From Mustelus asterias (lineage: Eukaryota), in the NCBI RefSeq assembly GCF_964213995.1, contig NC_135808.1, positions 50,654,001-50,718,000 of the forward strand: a stretch of DNA of 64,000 nt, read 5' to 3'. Below the pieces are notes generated by a model, which saw only the letters and a program-made list of their open reading frames with translations, ran no database searches and had not been told where the DNA came from. Positions 23,070 through 36,864 of the stretch are shown here, in pieces (position 1 is the first letter of the stretch; every line of letters begins with the position of its first letter). The translations under genes and the position numbers were made by a program.

Positions 23070-24799
23070 CTGCGTGGAGCCTGAAGAGATAGGAGAGGCG
23101 CTAAATGAATATTTTTCATCAGTATTCACGCAGGAAAAAGACAATGTTGTCGAGGAGAATACTGAGATACAGGCTGTTGGACTGGACGGGATTGAGGTTA
23201 ATAAGGAGGAGGTGTTAGCAATTCTGGAAAGTGTGAAAATAGATAGGTCCCCTGCGCCGGATGGGATTTATCCCAGGATTCTCTGGGAGACTAGGGAAGA
23301 GATTGCAGAGCCTTTGGCTTTGATCTTTATGTCGTCATTGTCTACAGGAATAGTGCCAGAAGACTGGAAGATAGCAAATGTTTTCCCCTTGTTCAAGAAG
23401 GGGAGTAGAGACAACCCTGGTAATTATAGACCAGTGAGCCTTACTTCTGTTGTGGGCAAAGTTTTGGAAAGGATTATAAGAGATAGGATTTATAATCATC
23501 TAGAAAGGAATAATTTGATTAGGGATAGTCAGCACGGTTTTGTGAAGGGTAGGTCGTGCCTCACAAACCTTATTGAGTTCTTTGAGAAGGTGACCAAAGA
23601 GGTGGATGAGGGCAAAGCAGTTGATGTGGTGTATATGGATTTCAGTAAAGCATTTGATAAGGTTCCCCATGGTAAGCTTTTGCAGAAGATACGGAGGCAT
23701 GGGATTGAGGGTGATTTCGTGGTTTGGATCAGGAATTGGCGAGCTGTAAGAAGACAGAGGGTGGTGGTTGATGGAAAATGTTCATCCTGGAGTTCAGTTA
23801 CTAGTGGTGTACCGCAAGGATCTGTTTTGGGGCCACTGCTGTTTGTCATTTTTATAAATGACCTGGATGAGGGCGTAGAAGGATGGGTTAGTAAATTTGT
23901 GGACGACACTAAAGTTGGTGGAGTTGTGGACAGTGCGGAAGGTTGTTGCAGGTTACAGAGGGACATAGATAAGCTGCAGAGCTGGGCTGAGAGGTGGCAA
24001 ATAGAGTTCAATGCAGAAAAGTGTGAGGTGATTCACTTTGAAAGGAGTAACAGGGTTACAGAGTACTGGGCTAATGGTAAGATACTTGGTAGTGTGGATG
24101 AACAGAGAGATCTGGGTGTCCATGTGCATAGATCCCTGAAAGTTGGCACCCAGGTTGATAGGGTTGTTAAGAAGGCGTACGGAGTGTTAGCTTTTATTGG
24201 TAGAGGGATTGAGTTTCAGAGCCAGGAGGTCATGTTGCAGCTGTACAAAAGTCTGGTGCGGCCGCACTTGGTGTATTGCATACAGTTCTGGTCACCGCAT
24301 TATAGGAAGGATGTGGAAGCATTGGAAAGGGTGCAGAGGAGATTTACGAGGATGTTGCCTGGTATGGTGGGAAGGTCTTATGAGGAAAGGCTGAGGGACT
24401 TGAGGTTGTTCTCGTTAGAGAGAAGAAGGTTAAGAGGTGACTTAATAGAGGCATACAAGATGATCAGAGGATTAGATAGGGTGGATGGTGAGAGCCTTTT
24501 TCCCCGGATGGTGATGGCTAGCATGAGGGGACATAGCTTTAAATTGAGGGGTGATAGATACAGGACAGATGTCAGAGGTAGATTCTTTACTCAGAGAGTA
24601 GTAAGGGCATGGAATGCCCTGCCTGCAGCAGTAGTGGACTTGCCAACATTAAGGGCATTTAAATGGTCATTGGATAAACATATGGATGATATTGGAATAG
24701 TGTAGGTCAGATTGGCTTTAGATTGGTTTCATTGGTCGGCGCAACATCGAGGGCCGAAGGGCCTGTACTGCGCTGTAATGTTCTATGTTCTATGTTCTA
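23070..24799 (+). mobile_element. Young 5'-truncated CR1 with open RT frame
   Basis: ORF to 24705 with PDGIYPR, NYRPVSLTS, YMDFSKAFDKV, KFVDD; (GTTCTAT)n tail. Confidence 0.95.
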
Positions 24800-25530
24800 C
24801 GTGTTGAGCTGTACTATCTTCCTATTTCTAGCTTCACTGGCACATGGCACAGGGAGTAATCCTGAGATTACAACCCTCGGGACCCTGCTTTTTAACTTTC
24901 TACCTAACTCCCTAAACTGCTGCTGCAGGACCTCGTCACTCTTCCTGCCGATGTCGTTAGTACCAATACGTACCACAACCTCTGGTTGTTCAGCCCCTCC
25001 CTTCAGAATGCTCTCTCCCGTTCAAAGATATCCTGACCCTGGCACCAGGGAGGCAACATACCATCCTGGAGTCTCTTTTACGTCCACAGAATTGCCTATC
25101 CGTACCCCTAACTATAGCGTCCCCGATAACTATTGCTCTCGTGTTCTTTATCCCTCCCTGCCTAGCAACAGAGCCAGCCATGGTGCCACTGCTCTGGCTG
25201 CTGCTGCTGTTATCCCTGATAGGCCATCCCCCCAACAATATCCAAAATGGCAGACTTGTTAGAGAGGGGATCGACCACAGGGAATTCCTGCACTGAATGC
25301 CTGCCCCTTCTAGCGGTCACCCATCTATCTGCCTGCACCTTGGGTGTCACCACATCATTAAAACTCCTGCCTATGATGCTTTCCGCCATCTTCATGCTCC
25401 TAAGTGCATCCAACTGCTGCTCCAACCTATCCATGTGGTCTGTGAGGAGCTGCAATTGGGTGCACTTCCAGCAGATGTAGTCGTCCGAGACGCTGGAAGC
25501 CTCACGGATCTCCCACATCTCCCAAGTGCC
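24800..25530 (-). mobile_element. Older CR1 ORF1 (zinc finger plus SGNH esterase), continuing at 22920-23065
   Basis: YICWKC, IVIGDAIVR, MVCCLPGARV and DGLRLNWRG motifs; split by the young CR1. Confidence 0.8.
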
Positions 25531-25849
25531 AGCATTTGACCGACATTTCTATCACCAATTAAATTATTGAAGAAAATTTATTAAACTCTGACCTTCACTT
25601 CTCACATGAGGTTGGTCTTCTTGTTACTTACTTTCCCAGGATACTCTCTGGATTTCTCCCTGCAGAATAACAGTTACGAAGCAAGAAGAAAGAAAACAGA
25701 ACAGAAAGGGAAAACAGCATCTCCTCCCACTCTGCACTGAATTACCGCACTGTTCCAAATGGCCAAGTTTCAATCCCACTCTGGCTGCCTCAGTCACGCT
25801 GTCTCCCATTTCAAGTGCGCAAAGCTCTGATTTCCGGACCTTCCCTTTT

Positions 25850-26468
25850 GAATTCATTTTTACATGATGTGGGGATCGCTGGCTTGGCCAACATTTATTA
25901 CCCATCCCTATTTGCCCGTGAGCTGCCTTCTTGAACCGCTGCAGTCCATGAGGTGTAGGTACATCCACAATGCTGTTAGGGAGGGAGTTTGAGGATTTTG
26001 ACCCAGTGACAGTGAAGAAAGGGCGATATATTTCCAAGTCAGGATGGTGAATGAGTTGGTGGGGAATCTCCAGGTGATGGTGTCCCAGGTGTCTGCTGCC
26101 CTTGTCCTTCTAGGTGGTAGTGCTTGTGTGTTTGGAAGGTGCTGTCGAAGGAGACTTGGTGAGTTCCTGCAGTGTATCTTGTAGATGGTACACACGGCTG
26201 TCACTGTTCATTGGTGGTGGAGGGTTTGTGGAAGGGGTAACAATCAAGCGGGGCTGCTTTGTCCTGATGGTGTCTAGTTTCTAGAGTGTTGTTGGAGCTG
26301 CATTCATCGAGACAAGTGGAGAGTTTCCTTCACACTTGTGTCTTGTAGATGGTGGACAGGCCTTGGGGGTCAGGAGGTGAGCATCTCACTGCAGGATTCC
26401 TAGTCTCTGACCTGTTCTTGGAGCCACAGTTTTTCTATGGCTCACCCAGTTCAGTATCTGGTCAATGA
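25850..26468 (-). mobile_element. 3' fragment of the L2/Jockey-group-like LINE; host of the ERV
   Basis: Homologous to 4500-5130. Confidence 0.8.
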
Positions 26469-27144
26469 TGAAGTCGGGAATGGGTTAATGAACTTCAATA
26501 CTCGAAGTGTCACAGTGACCTCTGTGATATTTAGAGCTTGTGTGAGAAATACTGTGGTACTCATGTTTACGTTAGGGTTTTCATGCTCATGTTTCCAGAA
26601 CAGATAAGAGCACAGCTGTTGTATGTATTTCTGTTCAAGAATGTGGCTAATCCGCCATTTTGTATTCTTTAATTATGTATTGCTGTGTAACAATGGACGC
26701 CTATATCTCTGCCTTTTGTGACGTATTATGATACCTTCATATATATTCATCATAACCTGTACCGATATACATTATACAAGTACCTACGAACGTATATGAA
26801 TTGTTGTATGCCAATTAACTTGTTTGTGCGAAGACTGTAACTTTGTACGTTAGTAAGATACCCCACCTGTGCTCACAGAGAACAACAACACTCACGGCCT
26901 TGGGATAACCGTGAAGAAAACACCAAGGCAGCAAGGTTCACACAGGAAGATGTGCAACCGCCTGGGAACCTGTGAGCCTGGGAAACTGCGGACGTGCAAG
27001 GTGGGGTATAAATGTATGTGTTTAGCCTGTATTTGCTGAGACATCTGAGGCCATGTTAGGCATCGGACGGTCTCCCACAATTGTGCAAATAAACCAAAGT
27101 ATTTTGACCTACGAATAGACTCAGAGGTATCTTTACCTGCGGCA
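26469..27144 (+). mobile_element. ERV 5' LTR
   Basis: TG...CA ends, TATAAA ~27008, AATAAA ~27088, followed directly by a PBS; homologous from end to end with the solo LTR at 62721-63672. Confidence 0.85.
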
Positions 27145-27146
27145 AA

Positions 27147-27164
27147 TGGTGCCGAAACCCGGGA
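27147..27164 (+). promoter_or_regulatory. Primer-binding site, tRNA-Phe
   Basis: TGGTGCCGAAACCCGGGA is the 18-nt complement of the vertebrate tRNA-Phe(GAA) 3' end. Confidence 0.92.
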
Positions 27165-27656
27165 TTGTTTACGGGACCAGTCGAATGGCCACGAATGGGA
27201 GACCGGAATAGTTACTGAACTTGATGAAGTGGGTCAAAATACATTGGGTGACCATCTGTGATGAGAGAGTGTCTGAACTGATGAAAGACGTCTGAACTGA
27301 GCACATACGGACAAGGAGGCAATTGGCTCTGACACCCTGCCGTAAACTGACTGTTAAGAGGAGGAATCTCCCACGCTGATGTTCGGATTTGAAATGGGTG
27401 TCAGGGTTGCCTGAGGTGTGATGTTCAGACGTGAGTGATGAGTGATAGATAGAGACTATCTGAGTGGTCCCGGAGTGGAAGGAAAAGCCTTCATGTGAAA
27501 GCCAGCTGAATAAAAATATTGTGTAAGTGGTGGTACGGAGGGATCTGATCACCCCTGACAGGTATCACCGAACTCAGATAAGAGAAACCTGGGAGGGAGA
27601 GAGCGAGAAAGGAGATTAGAAGACTCCAAGGTGGTGAGTATGACCTTATCAATGAT

Positions 27657-28648
27657 ATGGCGGGACAAGGACAGTGGGGCCCGGGGTCCCTGATACCTGA
27701 ATATATAATTAAGAGGGACAAACTCATTAAACAGATGATAAAAGGGGGATGGGATTTAGACCACCCACTCGACCAACAACGAAAGTGGTTGGAAAAAGAA
27801 AAGAAAGACAGAACTAAGAAAATTGGGGTTCTCTTAGTTCACCAATTGGCTGGATTAATTGGACAGGTCGCAGTCTCGAGTAAGAAATGGGCTGACGACA
27901 AAGCAAAAATTAAAATGTTGGAAACACGCAATAGCAAATGAGAGAAGCGGAACCAACTTTTAGAGGACCCTGTCGGGGGATTCTTGCCTCCCTATGGGCC
28001 GGCCGTACAACCCACGGCACCAGTGGGAGACCCTGATGAGGAAGAGGTCCATGATCTCGCTCCCATAACTCGGACCGGGACGTTACAGCATCCCACTGCC
28101 CGATATAAAACCTTTACCCCAGGTGAATGATGACAGATTTTGGCACCCCTGGGAAGGCTCCAGCCAAGGATTAAACAACAAAGGGGTGAAGGAGCCTCTG
28201 AATTTGGAGAGCGACTCTTTAGAGTATACCAAGAACGTTCGGGAATACCCGAACAGATAGAGCCTTTTTACAAGCATTTAAAGATGGGCTATTGCCAGCT
28301 CACCAGAAAATCCTTAAAATGGGAGTTCTCAATACCCAGGCTTATGATGAATTAGTAGAATGGGCATCTGGAATTAGAGATGGACCAGATGAGAAACCAT
28401 ACCCACGAATAAAACAGGAAACAGTTAGTGCAAACAGTGGGGGGGCTAAACCCAAGGGTGCGTGCTATAATTGTGGGAAACCGGGTCACTTTGCCAGAGG
28501 CTGTAGAGCTCCAAAGGGGGGCGGTAGAAAAGCCCCTACCTGCCTGTTTTGTAATAAGGTTGGCCACACTGAGGCCACCTGTTGGAGCAAGCACGGCAGA
28601 CCGAGTCAACTGCTTCGCCCTCCACTCATTGACGAGGGAGGGAATTGA
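27657..28648 (+). pseudogene. gag: ERV gag, disrupted
   Basis: LPPY, MHR-like KQQRGEGASEFGERL, two CCHC knuckles (CYNCGKPGHFARGC, CLFCNKVGHTEATC); stops and frameshifts. Confidence 0.85.
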
Positions 28649-31600
28649 CGGGAGGCAGCCCCCACAAGCCTGGGCACAAAAGAGGGTAGAATCTACGTGT
28701 CTGCACTAGTCGGGGGAAGGCAATGTGAAATGCTGGTGGACACGGGAGCCTCCATATCTATCACTGATCTACCCTTACCCACCGCCAATAAAATGATCTA
28801 TATAAGGGGTGTTAACGGACAGAAGACCCCTGCCTACTTAAGTGAAACCACCCTAGTAGAAATTAATAACCTGTATATACCTATGCGATTTTACGTATGT
28901 AGAAATAATGAAGGAACTATTATGGGAAATGACCTAATGAAGGAATACAAAGTCTGAATAGATTGTGGGAAAGGTGAATTGATTTGGCCCCGCCCCAATG
29001 GGAGAAAAGACAGGGTAGGAACATATGTAAACCATTTAGGGACCATCCATGCAGCATCTGCAACGGGATGCGACTGGCAGTTAGACGGTTCTGGATTTGG
29101 CGCCATCTGCGCCTCCGTCCCCGGTGTGTGGGCGGAAACGAAACTAGATACTGGATTCGTCAAAATTGACCCTATAATAGTGGTAGGGCCAGAACATAAA
29201 CCACATCGGCAAAACCCGATTAAGCCCAAAGCCAAAAAGGCAGTGGAGGAAATTGCGACGGGATTGGTAAAGAGAGGGATCCTACGGGAAACCAGTCGTA
29301 CCACCAACTCCCCCACCTGGCCCGGTGTCTATACCGGACGGGAGCTATAGATTAACCATTGATTATACAGCTTTAAATAAAGTGACCCCCAAGCTGCACC
29401 CCATCGTGGCCTCGCCCCTCCACCATTTTAAATGGGTTGTCACCATCCCATGGAATCTTCACGGGATTGGATATCGCCAACGGTTTGTCGTCCATTCCCC
29501 TGGACCCTAATTCGCAAGATAAATTTGCATTTACCGTGGGCGATAAGCAGTGCACATGGACTAGGCTCCCGCAAGGCTTCCATAACAGCCCGGCTATATT
29601 TCACCGGGTAATGAGTAAGATATTAGAACAGGTGGAAGTCCCAAAAGGGAGCACAATTCTGCAGTATGTAGATGATATCTTAATAGCCTCCGAAACTAGA
29701 GCAGAACATCAGACGGTGCTATACTCAGTCTTGAAACACTTAGAAGAACAGGGACTAAAGGCGAGCCCCAGGAAAGCCCAAATAGGGAAAGAGCAGGTGT
29801 TATATTTGGGACACCTGATATCCCAGGGGACCAAAGAAATGCCATTGGACAGGAAAACGGCCATTCAGCAAATGCCAAGACCAGTAACCGTCCGAGGGGT
29901 CAGGAAGGTTTTGGGACTGTTTAACTACAGTCGCAACTTTATACTGGAATTTGCCAGGCGAGCCGAACCAATACAAAGGCTAGTAAAAGGGGGGAAACCC
30001 GCTCTTGAGGTTATAGAGTGGGGATCAGAACAGGAAGATGCATCTCGTAAACTAAAAGCAGAACTAATGACAGCTCCGGGACTTGGACTGCCCAACGCTA
30101 ATAAAGATTTTCACATCTATTGTAATAATGAGGGGGGTTTTATTCGGCAGTAGTTACACAGGTCCATGGGGACAAGCAGCGGCCAGTGGGTTATTATTCC
30201 ACAGCGGAGGGCCCCGCAGTAGCCGGGTTACCCAGATGTATAGCCGCACTGGATTGAGCGGCATGGGCAGTAAGGGTCAGTGAGCCCATCATAATGACGG
30301 GGAATATTGTTTTGCTCACCAAACACACCTTAGTGGAAATGCTGAACACAGGAAAATTGCGGTCTGTCTCAAATGTGAGAAGGGTAAAGTGGGAGGCAGT
30401 GCTTCTCCCACCCACTAAGTCCATCACCATTGTACGAGACATGGGAACGAACCCCGCAGAAGGAATGTTAGGTGAAGGGGACCCACACAACTGTGGGGAC
30501 GTAGATGAGGATGTAGACGAAGGTAGAATAAAAGATGTGTCCCTGGAGGCACCAGATATGGTCCTATTTGTGGATGGATCACGGAAATATGTAGATGGGT
30601 CACCACGAACAGGATGGGCGACAGTGAATGTGGATTTACAAATTGTTCAAGCAGGAAGAATAGAGGGAGGCATGTCAGCGCAAGTAGCGGAACTGGTAGC
30701 CTTGACTCAGGCTTTTACAGAGGCTGCGGGGAAAAGGGTCAACATTCACACCGATAGTAGATATGCGTTTGGAGTTATACATGACTATATGACAGTTTGG
30801 GGGAGAAGGGGATTTATCACAATGGGAGGCACTCCAATTAAACATGGCCAGATAATAACAACCTTATTGGGAGCCAGCGAGCTCCCATCGGAAGCCGCAG
30901 TATTGAAGGTAAAAGCACACCACAAGGAACCAGATAAGCAAAGTCCTGAGTGGTATATGTTTAAGGGAAACCAGGCAGCCGACAGAGCGGCACGAGCTGC
31001 CTTGGAAACAGGGGAAGTGCCGGCCTTGCCAGCTGCCTCGAGTAAAATCAAAACCCCGATAGACATCTCACAGCTCCATGCTGATACCCCTGAAGAAGAA
31101 CGTCTGAGGGGGAAAACTCAAAAGGAGCTACACCTGATGGAGGGGGGTGGATGGAGATTAAATGATAAAGTCCGAGCCCCGGAATGTATCCAGCATACTC
31201 TGATGCGGTTACATCATGGGCTGTCGCATGTGGGGAGGGATGCCACGGTGACCAGTGTGGGGAAGGAATGGTGGTGGAAAGGAATGGGAGGGGACATTGC
31301 CCGATATTGTCACCGGTGCATAACCTGTGCACGGTATAACCCTGGAAGACCCGTAAAAATCAAGATGGGGCACCAGCCTCGCCCTAAGGGTCCCTGGGAA
31401 CACCTGCAAGTTGACTTTACAGGACCTCTCCCGCAGTCACACGGGAGAACCTGCTGCTTGGTAATTATTGACCAATTCACCAGATGGGTAGAAGCATTCC
31501 CGACGAAAAATTGTACTGTCACTACAGTGGCCAGAATACTAGCTGAGGAAGTTATCCCAAGATGGGGGGTGCCTTTGCAAATAGACTCCGTTCAAGGCAC

Positions 31601-32240
31601 GCACTTTACGGGGAAGGTTGTAAAAACCACATGTCAACTGATGGGGATAAGACAGATATTTCACATACCCTACCACCCTCAAAGCTCGGGGATGGTGGAA
31701 CGTATGAATAGGACACTTACGATCTCCTAGGCAAAGGCCATGCAGGAATCAGGAAAGAGATGGACAGAAGTATTACCCGCCATATTAATGGAACTCAGAG
31801 CCACCACAAATCGGACCACTGGGCTGACACCATGTGAGCTAATGCCCGGAAGGGCTATGCAACTGCCCGAGTCCATCATTACCGGGGGGACAGATGGAGG
31901 CCCATTACGGGACAAGATTAGACGATATGTATTAGAATTAAGCTCCCAATTAGAAGATATGCGGAAAAAAGTACGGGACAAACAAATAGCGGTCGATGAG
32001 TACAATGAACTAGAGCAGACCCCGGAGATACCCCCGGCAGGCAGCAAGGTTACGGTAAAAACCTTACCCGAAAAACCTGGATTCGCCCCCGAAGGGAAAA
32101 GCCCCTATGAGGTTATCATTAGTGGAGACACCTGTGCCTGTATAGATATGCAAGGCAGAGGCGTCTGGAAACACTGGACCCAGTTGAAAGAATACACTGG
32201 CACCAATCGGAAAACATGTAATGGACAACAAAACAGTTAA
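28649..32240 (+). pseudogene. pol: ERV pro-pol (protease, RT, tether, RNase H, integrase), disrupted
   Basis: LVDTGAS; LPQGFHNSP, YVDD; FVDGS, AQVAEL, TDSRY; HHCC, DFTG, IDS.QG.HF, ERMNRTL. Confidence 0.93.
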
Positions 32241-33477
32241 GAGGGGAGTAAAGGGTTAAACACCAGCAGGCTGAGAGTTTCTCTCTCTCTTGACAAGGGA
32301 AAGAGACAGAGAGAGAGAGGGGTGAAAGTGTGCGATCGAGAGCCACATGTGGTGGAAGAGGGTATCGCAGATCAATGTTTAATAAACTATTCTCCCCAGT
32401 TGAAATTTTACAGTCGTGCATTACATTACAGCTGAAGAGTTGTAAGGAGAGCTAACCATTTAAGAGAAATAATTAATTATGCGCTCATCTTGAGCTTAAC
32501 TGGAGAGTCTGTAAGAAAGTATAAACGTCTTAATAAGTAGAGATATTTAAAAAGTGACAAAAATAAATGGATTTTTTGGATCAGGCTTTTGTTACAAAAT
32601 GTACTCTTGATAGAATTGACAATGAAAAGATAAATGGAAAGAATTATTCCTGCGTATTTGAAGTGATGATTAATCACTTGTTTATGTTCAGCTGAGGGAA
32701 CTTACCCCTCCGGCTCTCTGCTGAAACGAGCAGAGAACTAATCCATCCTTTCCACCACAGGAAATTCATGTTATAAGACTTGCAGTAATCTTAAGATCTG
32801 GAGTCAAAACTTAAGAGAGAAGGGAGTTACAGAAGGTAGAATGGGAGTGTGTGTGTGTAATGCTGGGAATCATTATACGGCCATAATGCATTCTAATTAA
32901 AATGTGTTACACGGATCAACCATGAAACTGTATTAAATGCCAGACAGGCTAAAAGGGAGTGCCTGCCTATAATACCAAATTGGCAAATCCATATAATTGA
33001 GATAAGAAAATGCTGGGAAAGTGTTTCTTACAAACTGTTCGAAATTAAAGTGATGAGATTTCTTGAATTTACTTCTGTTTTGAGTTGAATTACAGTTTGG
33101 AAAACAGCAGAATAAAAGTGACTGTTAATCAACATTCAGTTTTCTTCAATGTTTTATTTTCATCCCAGTTTAAGATGTTAAGTCTGAATAAATGTTGGAA
33201 GCTTCCATGTGTATCTGTGTGTTTAACAACGTGATTGCGTGAATGTTTTGTTGGTGTTCGCTTGAATGTTTTAATGTTGAGAAAGGAGTTAAACCTTGGA
33301 AGGACCATGTGCTCTTTCCTTGTCTTGAAGTTGAAATTATAAGAGTGTAGTTGAGAAGTTAAAAGAAAGGTAACTTTGTGAAAACAAAGAAAAGCAGGAA
33401 CAAAAGAATAAGATGAATATACTGTCTCTGAGTCAGTTTAAAGTGTATCAAATCAGTGAAATGAATTCCTGACACAA

Positions 33478-35000
33478 TATGTGGATAGGCCGACAAGAGG
33501 TGAGGCCACATTGGATTTGGTGCTGGGAAATGAACCAGGCCAAGTGTTAGATTTGGTTGTGGGAGAGCACTTTGGAGATAGTGACCAACAATTCGGTGTC
33601 TTTTGTTATTGCAATGGAGAGGGATAGGGCCATATGGCAGGGCAAGGTTTACAATTGGGGGAGAGGTAATTATGATGCGATTAGGCAAGAATTAGGGGGC
33701 ATAAGATGGGAACAGAAACTGTCAGGGAAAGGCACTAATGAAAAGTGGAACTTTTTGAAGGAACAAATACTGGGTGTCCTTGATAGGTATGTCCCTGTCA
33801 GGCAGGGAGGAAATGGCTGAGTGATGTCATATACATGGATTTTAGTAAGGCGTTTGATAAGGTCCCCCATGGTCGGCTTATGATGAAAGTAAGGAGGTGT
33901 GGGATAGAGGGAAAGTTGGCCGATTGGATAGGTAACTGGCTATCTGATCGAAGACAGAGGGTGGTGGTGGATGGAAAATTTTCGGACTGGAGGCAGGTTG
34001 CTAGCGGAGTGCCGAAGGGATCAGTGCTTGGCCCTCTGCTCTTTGCGATTTTTATTAATGACTTAGAGGAGGGGGCTGAAGGGTGGATCAGTAAATTTGC
34101 TGATGACACCAAGATTGGTGGAGTAGTGGATGAGGTGGAGGGCTGTTGTAGGCTGCAAAGAGACGTAGATAGGATGCAAAGCTGGGCTGAAAAATGGCAA
34201 ATGGAGTTTAACCCTGATAAATGTGAGGTGATTCATTTTTCTAGGACTAATTTAAATGTGGATTACAGGGTCAAAGGTAGGGTTCTGAAGAATGTGGAGG
34301 AACAGAGAGATCTTGGGGTCCATATCCACAGATCTCTAAAGGTTGCCACTCAAGTGGATAGAGCTGTGAAGAAGGCCTATAGTGTGTTAGCTTTTATTAA
34401 CAGGGGGTTGGAGTTTAAGAGCCGTGGGGTTATGCTGCAACTGTACAGGACCTTGGTGAGACCACATTTGGAATATTGTGTGCAGTTCTGGTCACCTCAC
34501 TATAAGAAGGATGTGGAAGCGCTGGAAAGAGTGCAGAGGAGATTTACCAGGATGCTGCCTGGTTTGGAGGGTAGGTCTTATGAGGAAAGGTTGAGGGAGC
34601 TCGGGCTGTTCTCTCTGGAGCGGAGGAGGCTGAGCGGAGACTTAATAGAGGTTTGTAAAATGATGAAGGGGATAGATAGAGTGAACGTTCAAAGACTATT
34701 TCCTCGGGTGGATGGAGCTATTACAAGGGGGCATAACTATAGGGTTCATGGTGGGAGATATAGGAAGGATATCAGAGGTAGGTTCTTTACGCAGAGAGTG
34801 GTTGGGGTGTGGAATGGACTGCCTGCAGTGACAGTGGAGTCAGACACTTTAGGAACATTTAAGCGGTTATTGGATAGGCACATGGAGCACACCAGGATGA
34901 TGGGGAGTGGGATAGCTTGATCTTGGTTTCAGATAAAGCTCGGCACAACATTGTGGGCCAAAGGGCCTGTTCTGTGCTGTACTGTTCTATGTTCTATGTT
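33478..35000 (+). mobile_element. CR1 with an internal deletion (EN region fused to RT at ~33821)
   Basis: LDLVLGNEPG/SD piece followed by ORF 33835-34920; GTTCTAT tail. Confidence 0.9.
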
Positions 35001-35984
35001 TAATCGTAGTTCTGATTACCCCAAGTTACAGCAGGAGATTAACCTCAGTTGTTAATACAAATAAAGATGTTGTCCTTGAGTATTTTTGAACACCATGAAT
35101 TGTTGGAACTTGTGTTACCAGTTAGTTATTTTTAAATGACATGATTAATAATATGAAATTTGTGATGTTCCGATAACATGCAACAAATTACATAATTTAA
35201 ACCATCTCACATTGATGATAGTTCTGTAAAATTATATACTGCCGTTGGAATTGCGTGTGCCATCTATTGTTCAAGGTTTTCCAGATGTAAAAACACTGCA
35301 AAGCTTAAAACCTAGCCAGCTTGGAATCAAACCAAAACATTTCTAATCAAGTAACAATTGTTATTGTTATATGTATTGTGCTTGTTATTGTTCTAAAATG
35401 CAGGGATTCTGATCTGGAGCAGTTCAAAAATAAAAACGACTTAAATTAAGAGGGTTTGGATATACCCAAGAGAATCAAATCCTGGAGAGCCTTAACCAAT
35501 TTTATATGTTGATATATATTGTGTATTGATACAACATAATTCTGTGGAAGAAAAGGCTATTTATTCCAAACATTTAACCATTCTTTGCCATAATTTGTAA
35601 TAATTTGCACAATTAACATTAACATGAGAGGAAGTGAAACCGGATTACAAGGGAAAGAGAGAGAGAGAGAGAAAGAGTTGGTGACTGGCCTTACAACCAG
35701 ACTCAAAAATCTTGCAGCATTCGACTGGACACAACAGATAGCTCATTCGGTTATCTGTGTTTTTAAAGAGCTGTGTCTGGCTCAGTGACCACGTAACACT
35801 GTTGTTTACCTCATGAGACAATCTGTCTATAGAGGGATCATTTCTGCTCAAACAAATGATCATATTAGATATAATGTAAGATACATCATACAAAGATCGG
35901 AGCTGTATAGTATATGATTTTAAGTACACTAAGCTCTCTATGCAAGGGGGGTATGTAGTTAAATGTATAATGCACTGGCTTTTG

Positions 35985-36420
35985 TGGCCAAAGGTATTGC
36001 CCACCATACTAATGAGATTAAGGGTTGCCACAAACCAAACAACCGGATTAACCCCTTATAAGCTAATGACAGGACAGGCGATGCAATTACTAGAAAGCAC
36101 CATAACAGGTGGGACTGATGTAGGTCCACTAAAAGATAAAATCAGGAGATATGTTTTGGAACTAAGCACCCAACTAAAAGGGATGCGTAAATTGGTAAAA
36201 GACAATTAGGAGATAAGAGACACACAGAGAGAGAGCTTGAAATGCTCCCTGACATCCCAACAGCGGGACGTCCGAGTGAAAACACTACCTGACAAATCAG
36301 GGTTTGTACTAAAATGGGATGAGCCGTATGAAGTTATAATTAGTGAAGATACCTGTGCCTGCATAGACATAAGGGGGAAAGGTCATTAAACTCAGTTGAA
36401 AGAATATGCTGAAACTAATT
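35985..36420 (+). pseudogene. Second, diverged ERV integrase C-terminal fragment
   Basis: VLPTILMRLR..TNQTTGLTPY.LMTG.AMQL...GGTDVGPLKDKIRRYVLELS aligns to 31760-32200. Confidence 0.85.
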
Positions 36421-36567
36421 GGGAAATTATGTGATATCCTCCCATTGCAGGAATGTACAGACAATAACCAACCTCCAAGCAAGCTGAACTGGTGCGCGGT
36501 GTTTCGCGCGGGCGGTAGCCTTTGGACCGTTGTATAACGGTCGCGCGGGTTATTAGTAAGTGATAAG

Positions 36568-36864
36568 ATGTTTTTCATGTTACTTCTCACGACCCTGGCC
36601 CTGTTAGCTATAGTGGGAAAGTATAGATGGAATTATGAGAATTTGGGGATGGGACACAGTGAACATCTCTGTGACGATGACTCTGTCTATTGTATGAACA
36701 CCTTTGTGTATATATCTTATCTCTATGCATCACAATCGAATTTGAGCAAGTGCTGGGTCTGTTCACACATTCCCACGCACGGAGGAAAGGGAGGAATTCC
36801 TTTATTCCCTATCCCTTTATCAGCTCCAGATACACAATATCGGGACCTCTCAGGCCAGTTCTGA
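36568..36864 (+). pseudogene. env: ERV env N-terminal fragment (gamma-type)
   Basis: Signal-peptide-like MFFMLLLTTLALLAIVG, then NLSKCWVCSHIP (CxxC), just downstream of an IN end. Confidence 0.7.
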
